Shown piece by piece: positions 1 through 13,599 of a DNA stretch of 64,000 nt. A program made the position numbers and the translations under genes. This stretch comes from Octopus bimaculoides. Taxonomy: Eukaryota. Position 1 is the first letter of the stretch. Each line of letters begins with the position of its first letter. The stretch covers positions 59,822,720-59,886,719 of the forward strand of contig NC_068991.1 of the NCBI RefSeq assembly GCF_001194135.2, given 5' to 3'. Below the pieces are notes generated by a model that was given only the letters and a program-made list of their open reading frames with translations, was not told the DNA's origin and did not search any database.

Positions 1-756
1 AATGATACCTTACCTACCGTCTTAAATAGAGGATGGAAATATTAGATAATGTAATCCTAAAACAATCATTCTCCAAATAAAATGGAATGGTCACCACTGG
101 TATGCCTTTGGGATCATAAGTTTATTCAAAGAGTGTTGACCCATGGCTAAACAAACTCACAAATACACAGATAGCCACAGAAATACACATATAAAGAGTA
201 TACGCATGTCATAATACTCTGTTGATCTCTCTAATCTATCTATCTATCTATATATATATATATACATACACACGCACATACATATACACACGTATGTGTG
301 TGTGTCTCACATACCTCCACACATGCATACATTCTGATTAAACTCTCGTACAAGCATGCATATACATACATTCATTTTTATTTATGTATCTGCCCTCCCC
401 GCCTTACAACACACGTACTTCGCGCGCGCACCTCTACCTCCCCACGCACATCGAGGCTCCCTTATAAAACCGTCCGGGTTCCTAACTCCACGAAGGTCCA
501 CACAGATACATACATACATACATACACACGCCCTTTTGCATAGACAGCCGTAGAAGACGTACACAATGATACATACGTGTGAGCGTACATTTGTATATGG
601 AGGTTGGCTTTAATTCTGTACAATTCAGGACAATTCTGTACGGAAGCCCTGTATGCCCCCCTCCTTCTACACGGAGATATGTATATATATATATATATAC
701 GTGTGTGTATGTATATGTGCCTGTGTGTGTTCCTGTGTAAGTATATATGTGTATGT

Positions 757-803
<47 letters not shown>

Positions 804-1145
804 NNNNNNNNNNNNNNNNNNNNNNNNNNNNNNNNNNNNNNNNNNNNNNNNNNNNNNNNNNNNNNNNNNNNNNNNNNNNNNNNNNNNNNNNNNNNNNNNN
901 NNNNNNNNNNNNNNNNNNNNNNNNNNNNNNNNNNNNNNNNNNNNNNNNNNNNNNNNNNNNNNNNNNNNNNATATATATGTATGTATGTATGTATGTATAC
1001 ATATTACACATTAATATTCTGTATATTTGTAACCATTTTAGTTCAGTTTAATAATTTTTTCGAAAATCAAGAAAATAATGAAATCAAACGCATTTTACAG
1101 TTACTGCATTTATTGTCGATTACTTCCGAATATTATCGATCGTTT

Positions 1146-1255
1146 GTTTACCTTTCACTTTCAATCAGGGCTCTTTTATTTCGCCATCTTATATGTACAA
1201 AGTTCGAAAGATCGGCATTTATTACATACACTTCCAATCATTTTAGCCAATCAGA
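1146..1255 (-). promoter_or_regulatory. Candidate bidirectional housekeeping-type promoter, with the first non-coding exon of a minus-strand gene running off the left edge
   Basis: CGCCATCTT at 1182-1190 (AAGATGGCG on minus, YY1-type TSS motif). Two CCAAT boxes at 1234-1238 and 1247-1251. Minus-strand donor GAAAG|gtaaac at 1152/1151. CpGs retained locally. Confidence 0.4.
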
Positions 1256-1824
1256 CTCATACTTTTACATGCACACATACAAAACAAAACATAACAGCCA
1301 AGTTTTCCAAGCTCATTGACAAATATTCACACACACACACACACACGGCGGCTGTTTTTACATTGTCAAGTTGGATTAGATACAGCAATATTTTATTTTT
1401 CACATACTCGTACGCAAATACATTCATATATATATATATATACACACATTTATATATAATAACCGTTTGCAGTGCCGTATAACATATGAAGATATAGCTA
1501 GGCACAGATTATTTTTCATTATCGTTTGACGTCCATTTTTTCATGCTTGCATGGGGTAGACGGAATCTGTTGAGGCAAATTTTGTATGCCCGGAAGCCTT
1601 TCCTATTGTCAACTCTTACCTGTTTCCCAGCAAGGTAATGTTTCCCTATGGCTAGACACCACTTAAATCTTATTAAGCCATCAAATATAACACAGAAACA
1701 CACACACACGTACACACATATAGACACTAACACAGTTTTGTATGCTCAATCATTATTGTCATTATCAGAAGAGCCTTTTATTTTCATATCAACATGATCT
1801 CACTGTGCGACAATAGGCACAGCC

Positions 1825-1975
1825 ATGGCTGTGGGTAAGAAGCTTGCTTCCCCCACTATGTGGTCTTGGGTTCAGTCCTACTGTGCAGCACCTTGGACAA
1901 ATGTCTTCTACTATAGTCATGGGCCAACCAAAACCTTGTGCTTGGATTTGATAAATGGACACTGTGAGGATGTCT
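1825..1975 (+). mobile_element. SINE family A (tRNA-like head, CORE-like motif), 5' part; one of about 30 copies in the window
   Basis: atggctgtgggtaagaagcttgcttcc...gggttcagtcc...ccttggacaaatgtcttctactatag recurs throughout the window on both strands. Confidence 0.85.
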
Positions 1976-2973
1976 GTCAATATATATTATCATCATTTAA
2001 CGTCCATCGTCCATCTGGCGTGAGTTGAATGGTTTGACTGGAAATGGCAAGCCAAAGAGCTGCACCAGATTCCAGTCTGACGTGGCATGGTTTCTACAGC
2101 TGGATGCCCTTCCTAACACCAACCACTTTACAGTGTGTGTGTGTGTGTATATGTGTATCCCTTTGTGTTCATGGCTCGATAACTGGTGTTAGTTTGTTTA
2201 CGTCTAGAGGTTTGTAGATTAAGTACCAGACTTAAGAGAGAAAATTTGTTCAACTAAACCCTTCAAGGCAGTACCCTAGTGCGACATAGTCCAAGGACTG
2301 AAACAAATAAAAAGGTAATAGGTAGGGTGGGTCCATGTGCCCTCAAATCCAGAATCTCTCCTCATATCTTTTTTCCTTTTACTTGTTTCAATCATTAAAC
2401 TGTGGCCATGCTGGAGCATTTTGAAGCATTTTAGTCGAATGAATTTACCCCAGTAGTTTATTTTTTAAAGCCTGGTACTTATTCTATTGGCCTATTTTGC
2501 TGAACTGCTAAATTACAGGGACATAAATACACTAACACTTGTCAAGATGTGTTGGGGGTACAAACACAGCCAGGTGTCACACAGTGTGACTGAACTCAGA
2601 ACCATGTGATTAGGAAGCAAACTTCTTACCACACAACCATACCTGTACCTAACACAATATCCAGTCATAAATCTGGACACTATTCTTATGGATATACTCT
2701 TATGATTCATATGGACAAGGATACCTTTGGAAGGGCATCCAGCTGTAAAAACCATGCCATAACTGACCTTGTCTGCACTGGTGCCATGTAAAAAGCACTC
2801 AGTCCACTCTGTTGGGTGGTTGGTATAAAGAAGGGTATTCAACCATAAAAACCATGCCAAAACTGACACAGAAGTCTGGTGCAGTCTTCTGCCTGGCCAC
2901 CTCCTGTCAAACCATCCAACCCATGCCAGCATAGAAAGCAGACGTTAAATGATGATGATGGTGATGATATATC

Positions 2974-3046
<73 letters not shown>

Positions 3047-4665
3047 TGAATGTGTTAGTGTTTGTTCTCCACCACCATTTGACAACTGTTGTTGGTTTGT
3101 TTACATCCCTGTAAATTAGCAGTTCAGCAAAAGAGACTGATAAAATAACAGATCTAAAAACATGTACTGGGGTCTATTTGTTCTAGTGAAGCCTTCAAGG
3201 CTGCAATCCAATGAGTGAAACGAGTAAAAGACAAATCAATCATTAACGAATATAATTCTTTTTTGTTTTGTTTTTTACTAATAGCATGCTATTGATAGCG
3301 TTAGAAATCATTAATGATACTATACTACAAGTAGTTAGTAACTGAAATGCTTGGCTTTAGTTCAGAAAAGAGTGGTCAAAGTCTTTGCCAATACTACTAC
3401 AAGTCAACTCAGCTGTAAATGACTAATCCTGCAATTGACTGGTGTAATGTTGTGTTCTCGGTCACATATATGTAATGGAAGCCAGGTAACTGGCCCTGTG
3501 AGTCCTAGGATTCGAATCTATAATGTCCAGGGTTTGATGATGATGATGATTGATGGTGATGATGACAAAGCAATCAGAATATAATTATGGGATACCGGTA
3601 GTGACTAAGTGGCCAAGATTATGGTTATGGTTTTCGGTTCAATTCTACAGTGCAGCACTTCGGGCAAGCATTTTCTTGCAATAACCTTAGGTTGGCATAT
3701 GCTGCATCAGGAGAATTTGGTTTAAGGAAACTGTGCAGAAGCACATTGTTTATGTATCTGCCTTTATGTTGTGTCACTTTAGTTTATGAGACATTTCAGC
3801 ACAGCCAATTTGGTGCCACCTATTTGGCAACACTCATTTGATGATGACTTATTTGACAAAAAACATTTTAATATTTATCATGTTCTCTCCTTCTTTCTTT
3901 CTTACTCTCTCTCTCTCTCTCTCCCCTCTGTGTGTGAGCATATTTCTCTTCATGTATATGATACGGAAAATGTTTGTCAGTCATGTTCAATTAATAATAT
4001 CTCTTGCCCTCTTTGTATGAGTATATTTTTGCTCATGTGTGTGTGTGTGTGTGTGTTTGCCTCGTATGCCAAAACATGTTGTTGTCAAAACAGGTTCAAT
4101 GTCCAGTCAGCCATGCCAAATCCCCAATGACGAAAGAGCTGTGCCCACTCATTCCATTCTGGGTTGATCACCAGCTTGAACAGCTATACCCTATAACTTA
4201 GCAGTTCCATTATAGAGATCAATAAAACAAGGATTAGATTGAAATAAGTACTACAGTTTGATATGATTGCCTAAAAACAATGACCTGGCATGGCTGCAGT
4301 CCAATGATTGAAACTAACTAAAGAATACAGTTGTAGTATTTTGTTAGTTGCCAAGAGATTTGCTTCCCATCCATATGGTTCGAGGTTCAGTCCCATTGTA
4401 TGGCACCTTGGGCAAGTGTTTTCTAGTCGAGCCCCAGGCTAACCTAAGCTTTGTCAATAGATTTGGTGAACAGAAATTTAAAGAAGCCATGGTACACACA
4501 CACACACACACTAGAATGATATAACACAAGAATGGGGGATACCAGGCTTTAATAGTAGATCACAACATCTGATTCCGTGCACTGTGCACCAGCTTTAAGT
4601 TGCTCAGTTTATATTCTTAGACCATTATAGAAGGTCATTCTTTAGAATTACTACATAGCTGAATT

Positions 4666-4735
<70 letters not shown>

Positions 4736-5164
4736 ACTGTCTCCTTGTTTTGATATCATATGATAGTTGTAGGCAAGTGTCACCATCATGCAAGCTGTGT
4801 TCTTTATTTCTGGTTTTCTGTGAAGACATGTTTGGTCATGAGGAAATATCTTACTTGGAAACTGGTGATGGTTGGCGACAGTATGGGCATCCAGCCATTA
4901 GAAATTCGCCTCAATAAACTCCCTCTGACTCATGTGATGATGATGATGATGATTAGTCATCATCTGATGTAATCTACTTTACCTTGACTTATATTTTCTT
5001 GATCAAATTGAAGTCAATTATGACACGATCTACTCTCCCATGACCAGGTTTAGTCTTTCATGTGTTATGAAAAGTTTTCACTCATATCTAAGTATGTCTT
5101 TTCACTTTTACTTTTCTTGATGCCTAGGACTTGCATGGCTGGTTACCCAGTTTTCATAGAGCAT

Positions 5165-5490
5165 GGTACTCTGTCGGTTACGACTATAAGGGTTCCAGTT
5201 GATCTGATCAATGGAGCAGCCAGCTCGTGAAATTAATGTGTAAGTGGCTGAGCACTCCACAAACATGTGTACCCTTAATGTAGTTCCCAGGGAGATTCAG
5301 CGTGACACAGAGTGTGACAAGGCTGGCCTTTTGAAATACAGGTACTACTCATTTTTGCCAGCTCAGTGGGCTGGTGCAACATGAAATAAAGTGTCTTGCT
5401 CAAGGACACAATGCACTGCTTGGAATTGTACATATGACCTTACAATTGCGAACCAAATACCCTAACCACTAAGCCCTGTTTCTCCACCAT
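5165..5490 (-). mobile_element. tRNA-derived SINE (family F)
   Basis: Minus strand reads A-box-like ggcttagtggttagggt, then ttgtgtccttgagcaagacactttatttc...cagctggcaaaaatgagta, a core shared with family E. Confidence 0.75.
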
Positions 5491-5780
5491 CCCATGGCAC
5501 ACAAGTGACCAAGATCACAACATCCTCCTTGAATGGGTTACCTGTCTGTTGCAGGGGTCAAGGCTAGTGATTTTGAGGAAAAAGGAAAGAAAAAAGAAGG
5601 CACAATCTCTGAATGTGTATGTTGATTGTATGAATGAAAGATGTGTGTGGTTTTCTTTTTCTTTTTCTCTTTTGAAAGGGTATATGTTTATGTGTGAGGA
5701 CATATATATAAACAAAGAAATGGGTATCTAAGACTGGCTTATGTGATAAAGGAATGCACCCACTGACCTTATAGATGCAG

Positions 5781-6052
5781 GAATGGCTATGTGGTAAGTA
5801 GGTTGCTTACCAACCACATGGTTCTAGGTTCAGTCCCACTGCGTGGCACTTTATGGAAGTGTCTTCTATAGCCTCAGGCCAACCAAAGCCTTGTGAGTTG
5901 ATTTGGTAGACGGAAACTGAAAGAAGCCTGTCATATACTCTTTTACTTGTTTCAGTCATTTGACTGTGGCCATGCTGGAGGACTACTGACTGAACCCAGA
6001 ACCATGTGGCTGGTAAGCAAGCTACTTACCACACAGCCACTCCTGCGCTTAT

Positions 6053-6083
<31 letters not shown>

Positions 6084-6088
6084 TATAC

Positions 6089-6137
<49 letters not shown>

Positions 6138-6340
6138 TGTGTGTCTGTGTTTGTCCCCCTAACATCGCTTGACAACCGGTGCTGGTGTATTTACATCCCT
6201 GTAACCAAGCAGTTCGGAAAAAGAGACTGATAGAATAAGTACTTGGCTTACAAAGAATAAGTCCTGGGGGTGATGTGCTTGACTAAAGGTGGTGCCCCAA
6301 CATGGCTGCAGTCAAGTGACTGTAATAAGTAAAAGAATAA
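5781..6340 (+). mobile_element. SINE family A, near full length with internal (CA)/(TA) tract
   Basis: Head at 5781; 3' body gtgtttgtcccc...gacaaccggtgctggtg...gcagtcaagtgactg...aagtaaaaga. Confidence 0.85.
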
Positions 6341-6604
6341 AAAAATAAAAGAATTACATTCTATCTAATGTGAATCAGTGAAGTAGCTTCTATATGGTTG
6401 GTCAAAATGCTAGAAATACATCTGAATCTCCCTTAAATCTCACTGTACTATTTTGAAAAAAAAAGGAAGAAAAACACTAGGCAATATTTTTGTGCATAAA
6501 CAGAAAGACGTACTGATCATGACTGGGATGCCTGTGATGGTAGATCTGCTTACACAGGACTTCAATAAAAACAGTTTATCTCACACACATATAATCTTTC
6601 ATAG

Positions 6605-6709
6605 GAAGCAGCATGTGGTGATGTGGCATAGAATGCAGCCAAATGAACACTTGTTGGCAGGCAAAATTGTTAACATAGCCAGCAATATGGCAAAGATGTT
6701 CAAGAAATA
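6605..6709 (+). CDS. Candidate internal coding exon of unidentified plus-strand gene 2 (xKQHVVMWHRMQPNEHLLAGKIVNIASNMAKMFKKx)
   Basis: Acceptor atctttcatag|, donor |gtgagt, 105 nt, only one open frame (phase 2/2), unique sequence. Confidence 0.5.
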
Positions 6710-6830
6710 GTGAGTTTTTTTTTTTTTATGTGTCTGAGTTTTAGATGCTAGAATTCTTGAATTCAAATATTACTAGAAACTCATCTCAGCCTTTCATTTG
6801 TCCAATACAGATAAAATGTATAAAAGTGTG

Positions 6831-6864
<34 letters not shown>

Positions 6865-6899
6865 GTTAGCTTGCTAACTAGCTAGCTGTCTGTCTCAGC

Positions 6900-7430
6900 C
6901 AGCATTGACCCAAGCCAAAACTAACTTAACATCACCTAGAAAAGGCATTGAGCGATGCTTCATATTATAGTCATTCTTTCGGCACCATAGCTCATTCGAG
7001 TAAAGGGATATGTTTTGCAGAGATATATCTGGGTGTAGGTGATTTATCTGGAATTTGGTGGAGATATTCATCCAGGACCTGTTTGAATGTTATGAGGTGT
7101 TTTTCTTCTCTTGGCATGATGTTAAAGAGAGCAGGGTTAAATTGAGGTGAAATAGTTCTTAGTGCTGTAATGTGACATGATTTAAGATTGTTGTAGTGAT
7201 TGATAGCAAAAGGATCAAGCCTTGCTTGAAGTTGATGCCAACATTATTTGGGCAGTGATGTTGGAATATTTTCCACATCATACAAATGATATAGCACTCA
7301 ATGCAGCATTGGTGCAAATAAAGTTTGAGTTTCTAGAGACAATTTCAATAATCAAGACCTATCATGTTGTCTATTTTCCTATTGATCAATGTCTGGGGTG
7401 CTTCAATTTTTATATTTGGCTGTTAATTGA
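6900..7430 (-). mobile_element. Decayed 3' end of an L2/CR1-group LINE (ORF2 C-terminus plus 3' UTR)
   Basis: Minus-strand remnants such as PALFNIMP and FKQVLDEYLHQIPDK, typical of the ORF2 tail in this group. Multiple stops. (ATCT)n tract just beyond the 3' end. Confidence 0.6.
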
Positions 7431-8122
7431 TATATGTGTGTTTGGGCATGTATGTACATCTGTGGTGCAGGCATGGCTGTGTGATTAAGAAGTTTGTGTC
7501 ACTACAGCATGGCACGTCGTGCAAGTAATTTCTATCATGGCCCCTGTTATTGAATCTGGTAAATAGAAACTGTAGTAAGCTTGTTGTGTATATATGTGTG
7601 CATGGCTGTTCATATTTCTCTTGTCATAATTTGAGTGAAACTGTGGTGATGTTTACCATCTGTGTTAACATTATAACCAATTGATCCATACTTCCAAAGA
7701 GCAGTGGAAATATAAAAATCCTTCACTTAAAAGATGGACGAGGGTTGGCACCAGCAAGCGCATCTAGCTGTAAAATCTTGTATCAAAATCAATTCCTATT
7801 TAAGCCATCTTAGCATAGAAAAGTGGACATTAAATGAATGAATGTGGCAACTTGAACAAGAGTAATTTTTCTATAACCTTGGGTTGCTCCACAGTTTGTG
7901 AGTGAAATTGGGTAGATGGAAACTGAAGAAGCCCATTGGATGAATTGTACCTGTAATTTAAAGGTTAAGCTCAGACATACAATGTAACGGAATTCTCAGC
8001 CACTTACATGCTTATGTTAATTCAATGAGTCTAGTAGTTCGGTTGATTTGTAACCTAACACTCATGGTTGAAAATTCTAACCATGATCCATTACTTTTAT
8101 GTGTGTAAGTATACATATGGAG

Positions 8123-8160
<38 letters not shown>

Positions 8161-8704
8161 AGGAATCATCATCATCGTCATTTAATATCTGTTTTCCATG
8201 CTGGCATGGGTTGGAGAGCTTGACAGGAACTGGTAAGGCCAGGGGCTACACCAGGTTGGTTTCTACAGCTGGATGCCCTTCATAAGGCCAACCATTTTAC
8301 AGAGGTTTGCAGGATAGGGCTACTTGATCACATTGACCCCCAGTGCTCAACTGGTACCTATTTTATTGATCCCAAAAGAATGAAAAGCAAATTCAACCTC
8401 AGTGGTATTTGAATTCAGAACATACAGACAGACGAATGTACTGATGTCTACATAACAATGAACTATGGCCACAAATTGTTTGGGTAGATAAAACTTTGGA
8501 TTACTGAGCTCTAAACTGACAGTTCATTACTCACAGCCATTGTTTTGCTGTCTGTACCAAATACATTAACTACTTGTACTTGCCTAAGCTTTCTGTTAGA
8601 AGGTTACTGACAAAAGACTTTCTTGCAATCTAGGATAAGTATTTTCCAACCCACTTAACATTACAGAAGCCTGAGCTAACCAAATCACACAAGAATTTTA
8701 TGAA

Positions 8705-9300
8705 CTCATGGCTGTGTAGTTAAGAAGCTTGCTTCATAACTATGTAGTTTCAGGTTCAGTCCCATTGCATGGCACTTTGGACAAGTGTCTTCTACTATAG
8801 CCCAGAACAGACCAGTGCCTTGTGAGTGAATTTGGTAGTCAAAAACTGTGTGGAAGCCTACCAAATTCACTCACAAGGTGGCGAGCTGGCAGAAATGTTA
8901 GCACGCCGGGCGAAATGCTTAGCGGTATTTTGTCTGCCATTACGTTCCGAGTTCAAATTCCGCCGAGGTCGACTTTGCCTTTCATCCTTTCGGGGTCAAT
9001 TAAATAAAGTACCAGTTAAACACTGGGGTCGATATAATCGACTTAATCCCTTTGTCTGTCCTTGTTTGTCCTCTCTATGTTTAGCCCCTTGTGGGCAATA
9101 AAGAAATAAGAAATAAGAAACTGTGTGGAAGCCTGTTGATTGTATACATGCATGTGCCTCTCTCTGTCCATGCACATCCCCCTCTTTGCTGGTTGACAAC
9201 TAGTATTGGTTTGTTTATGTCTGCATAACCTAGCAGTTCAGCAAAAGATACTAATAAAAAAAAACAAGAAGTGCTGGGGTTAATCTGTTTGGCTAAAACC
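8705..9300 (+). mobile_element. SINE family A copy interrupted by a younger family D SINE
   Basis: Family A head at 8705-8859 resumes at 9118; aaactgtgtggaagcct is duplicated at 8843-8859 and 9118-9134. Confidence 0.8.
8877..9117 (+). mobile_element. Young tRNA-derived SINE (family D) with 17-bp target-site duplication
   Basis: ggtggcgagctggcagaaatgttagc head, gagttcaaattcc B-box, gtcgactttgcctttcatcctttcgggg core, (gaaataa)n tail, CpGs intact. Decayed relatives near 29.5, 29.8, 40.5, 47.3, 57.2 and 61.8 kb. Confidence 0.85.
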
Positions 9301-9854
9301 CTTCAAAGCAGTTCCCTAGCATGATCACATCTAATGACTGAAGTAAGTTAACGATAAAAAATGCTGAGAATTTGTGTAACTGGCTGGAACATCATCATCA
9401 TCATCATCAGTTAACATTTGTATCTCCACACTGGCATGGGTTGGATGGTTTGACAGGAGCTGGTAAGGTTGGAGAGATGCACCAGGCTGCTCCATTGTCT
9501 GTTTTGCCATGGTTTCTACAGCTGTCTGCCCTTCCTAATGTCAACCACTTTACAAAGTGTACTGGGTACTTTTTACATGTGGTTCTCAACTGTAGATCTC
9601 AGGGTCAAACGTGTCCCTCAAGTATCCTTCCAGCAGCCCTCAATGATCTTTCCTTTATAAATATCATAAATTTTTCTTAAATGGAGTTGTATTTTGCTTT
9701 TTTTTTTGTGTAAACTCCTAAAAAAATCTGGGTCTTGGATCTAACCTAGATATTAAAACGTTTAAGAGCCACTGGAATACCCTGTTGCAGTGGACAAATT
9801 TTTTTTCATCTTGTTAATAGTGTTCAAGTTTCTTAATAAGAGTGATAATTTAAT

Positions 9855-10095
9855 TATTTTACTTAAGCTCATTGCTCCCTATGGAGTATAGGCTATCAAT
9901 GAGTTTTCTGCTTTTCTCTACTTGGATCCCCACTTTTACAATGCTGCCTCAGCATCCCAACTCCAGCTATTTTTAGGTTGTCATCTCTTCTGCCTTCCTT
10001 GTGGGTTCCTGGTCAGAGCCTGTTGTATAATGCAGGAGGTCGGTTTCCTTTCAGATTTTACTACACTACATCCCTGAAGGGAGGCCTTCCGCTTT
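9855..10095 (-). mobile_element. RTE-clade LINE 3' remnant
   Basis: Minus strand RKPTSCIIQQALTRNPQGRQKR*QPKNSW matches the RTE ORF C-terminal pattern ALxWNPQGKRxRGRPxxxW. Confidence 0.65.
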
Positions 10096-10800
10096 GAATT
10101 GTCATTGAAACTTCTGTAACTTTGCTTTTATCTAAGTAATAGTGCTGACTGTATATCATCATCATCACCATCACCTTTTAATGTCCGCTTTCCATGCTGG
10201 TATGGATTGGACAATTTGACTGGAGCTGGCAAGCCAGAGAACTGCACCAGGCTCTGTTGTCTGCTTTGGTATGGTTTCTATGGCTGGATGCCCTTTCTTA
10301 TGTCAACTACTTTACAGTGTTCACTGAATGCTTTTTATGTGGCACCAGCACCAGTAGGGTTGCCAAGTAATTTGCAAGACAAAGGCCCCTCATCTGGGAC
10401 AGGGAGTGGCACTGAGAGAGGATGCTTTGTGGTGGTTAAAGTGTGTGTCCACATACGGACACACACAATGGGCTTTTGCACAATTTCCTTTTACCAAATT
10501 TCTTTTACATGTCATTGTCAACCCAAGGTTACAATGGAAGGCACTTGTCCAAAGTACCCCCACTATTGGATCATACCAGGAATCAGGAGGTTGCAAAGCA
10601 AATTTCATAAACAGACAGCCATGTCACTGCCTTTGTGTGTGTGTGTATGCATGCACACATGCATGTGAGTGTGTGTATGTGTATGTATGTGTGTGTGATT
10701 CAAACATGACTGCTTCTTATCTTTATATTATTTTTACATTGTGTTTGATTGCTACAGTAAAATTCCTAAGTTCTTTATGATTTTAATTTTTGTGATGAAG

Positions 10801-10860
10801 TGGTTGGTTTTTGGCATGTGTTACCACCATTTTAAGCAAAAGAGAGAAGCAAAATAGGCT
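10801..10860 (+). CDS. Candidate coding exon of gene 2 (xGWFLACVTTILSKREKQNRx)
   Basis: 60 nt, phase 2/2, donor GCT|gtatgt, in frame with 6605-6709 (..MFKKY-GWFL..). Acceptor modest. An alternative acceptor at 10757 gives a frame ending in a stop. Confidence 0.3.
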
Positions 10861-13599
10861 GTATGTATGTTAATAGTGACATTACCACAAGGTTTAATAT
10901 GACTGCTACTTCCAGTCTTTTCACAGTAACCAAGGAGTGGTTTTTATTTGTGACTAGTGTGCGTTAAGTTTTTATTTATCATTTTCTTATTTTGTGCCCT
11001 TAATGTCACTTCCAGTTGTATAACATAATGTAAAAATCAACATGCAGAAAACATGTATGATTCATAAAGAAAATTCTGGAGTTTGATGAAAACCCAACAG
11101 TAATTTCTCTCTTATTTTAACCTGAACAGGAATCTTATGGCAACTACCAACTTTAAATTTTGGTATTGGCAGTAACAGATGCCAAGACCAACAATCATGT
11201 CATCCAGAAAGATAAGACTGTAAAGGTCTAAAAACATAGATGGACCAAAGAACTTTGACTGTTGTAAAGGGCTTGTAAAGAATTATGAAGAAAAAAAAAA
11301 ACTTTGGAAAGATAAAACCACACATGTTTTCAATTTAATGTGTTTAAAAGAAAAGATGTCTTCCATATACAAATATGTATGTGTATGCACACACACACTT
11401 TTGCATGTGTTTGCAATGGGTTGGATGGAATTTGTTGAGAGGAAGTTTCTACACCCAGATACCCTCACCTGTTTCTAAGTAAAGTAATAACATGACCAAG
11501 AATGTTTTTACAGAAGATTGGAAATGAAGGACATTGACACTAATTTATAACTACCATGCAATGTCAATCAAGGCAAAGAATCAGACTCACACACTCAAAC
11601 ACACACACACACACACACACACACGACGGGTTTCCTTCAGTTTCTGTCTATCAAATTCACCCATGTGTCTTTGGTTAACCCAGTACTGTAGTTGTAGACA
11701 CTTTGCGCAAGGTGCCGCATAGTGGGACTGAACCTGAAACCTCATGGTTGTAAAAGTAAGATTTTTAACCACACAGCCATTCCTGTGCTAATATACATTT
11801 TTCTTTTTTTAATAACAAATGGAAGAAAAAGTACTTTATACAAGTTGTAGAATTAAATATATTTGGTTGATGTTTTTGAATTTCTTTAAGAAGAAATATT
11901 TGTTGCCCTGAAGAAACAAGAATTCATAAAAACTTCAGATAGTTGCATAAACAGCAGCAACGAAGTATACATTTCATATATAGATGTAGGCCACCTCATG
12001 CTAGTATGGACTTTAAAATTGATGATGATGATATATTTGCTTGCAAGCAAAGTAAAATGAAAAGTGGTTGTATGGTGAAGAAGCTTGCTTTCCAATCATG
12101 TCATCTTGGGTTCAGTCCCACTGTGCGGTATCTTTGGCAAATGTCTTCTGCTATAAGCTTGGGCCCGCTAAAGCTTTGTAGTTGACATCATATGAATTTA
12201 TAAACTATCGACAGAACGTGAAATAATTTTTTCAGAACAGTGGATCTCAAAGCATACAAGAAGTTATAATATTTACATGCTGTTAATTATAGCTTTATTG
12301 TAACTTTAAAGAGATATATTTATATGGTGCGGTGGGAGGACACGTACACAAGCATGTATATAAATACATATAGCTATGTACATATTGGTTTAGTTGATTT
12401 GAACCAATGAGGTTCGATCATGTTGGAACTCTGCAACTTTGTATTTAGTTTTTATCTTCCTGGTGTTTCAACATGTGTCTGTGTGTGTGAGCATGTGCGC
12501 GCGTGTGTATGAGTGTTTATAGTTGCTGAATGAGTGAGGTTACTAGAGACTGCTCGACACTAATTGAATATATAATATAATACACTGGACTGGGTCACAA
12601 GAGAGAAACTTACCCAGGTAATGTTTCAAATATTCATGAGGAGCCATTATCAAGTTCCTGATTTATTTAGGTCAACTATGAAACAACCAAGCGCTTTTCT
12701 GAAGACTGCACCGTTCTAATAAAAGCATTTTTACTCAATTGTCATCTGATAAAATCTTTCAGCAGTTAACAAATGTCTTCTCAGTTCCTTTATATAATCA
12801 ATGATGTACACTGAAATTTGGTACTTTGTCGGCTCTCTCTCTCCCTCTCTCTCCCTCTCTCTCTCTCTCCCTCTCTCTTTTCTAAGGGATAGGGGCTTCA
12901 GAGTTTGGAGTTGCTTATTTGACCTTTATTTTTAAACCTTTTACTTGTTTCAGTCATTGGACTGTGGTTGGATATCCTCAAACAAATTGATCCCAGTAAT
13001 TATTCCTTGGGTCTATTTTGCCAAACCGCTACTGGGTGGGTGGAGGGAACAAACACAAAATACTGGGGGAGGGGGGAACAAACACAAAGACACACACAAT
13101 GGATTTCTTCAGAGTTTCATCATCATTTAACATCTCTTTATCCATGCTGGCATGGGTTGGATAGTTTGACAAGAAAAGAGGAGCTAGATGACTCCACCAG
13201 GTTCTAAGTCTTCTCTAGCATGCTTTCTACAGCTGGATGCCCTTCCTAATGCCAACCACTTAACTGAGTGTATTCAGTGTTTTTTACATGGTACCAGCAC
13301 TGGTGAGATTCATCTACTAAATTCACTCACAAGGCATTGGTTAACCTTGGGCTATAGTAGAAGACACATTCCCAAGGTGCCATGCAATGGGACTAAACAT
13401 GAGTCCCCACCTGACTAGTCAATGAATATTACTTGTAACTTACACTTCATGTGATACCTTATTTACATATATTTTAAACTGCGGCTAGTGGGTGATGCAA
13501 ATAGGAAAAATAGAACACAAAACATGAGTATATAAATTTTGATAAGTGCTAATGAATGGAATTCTTGGCCTGTAACTTCTACCGATTATATATATATTC

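Noticed and set aside
6650-6700. GKIVNIAS as a short-chain dehydrogenase motif
   Set aside because: No TGxxxGxG or YxxxK motif in any joinable exon, so no family is assigned.
12614-12647. Minus-strand start exon MAPHEYLKHYL with donor TGG|gtaagt
   Set aside because: I found no phase-compatible downstream minus exon, and it conflicts with the plus-strand model for this interval. Unresolved rather than disproved.
12672-12770. Plus frame VNYETTKRFSEDCTVLIKAFL resembling a kinase C-lobe
   Set aside because: No other kinase motifs nearby, and it would need an intron of only about 55 nt from an exon closed by a stop.
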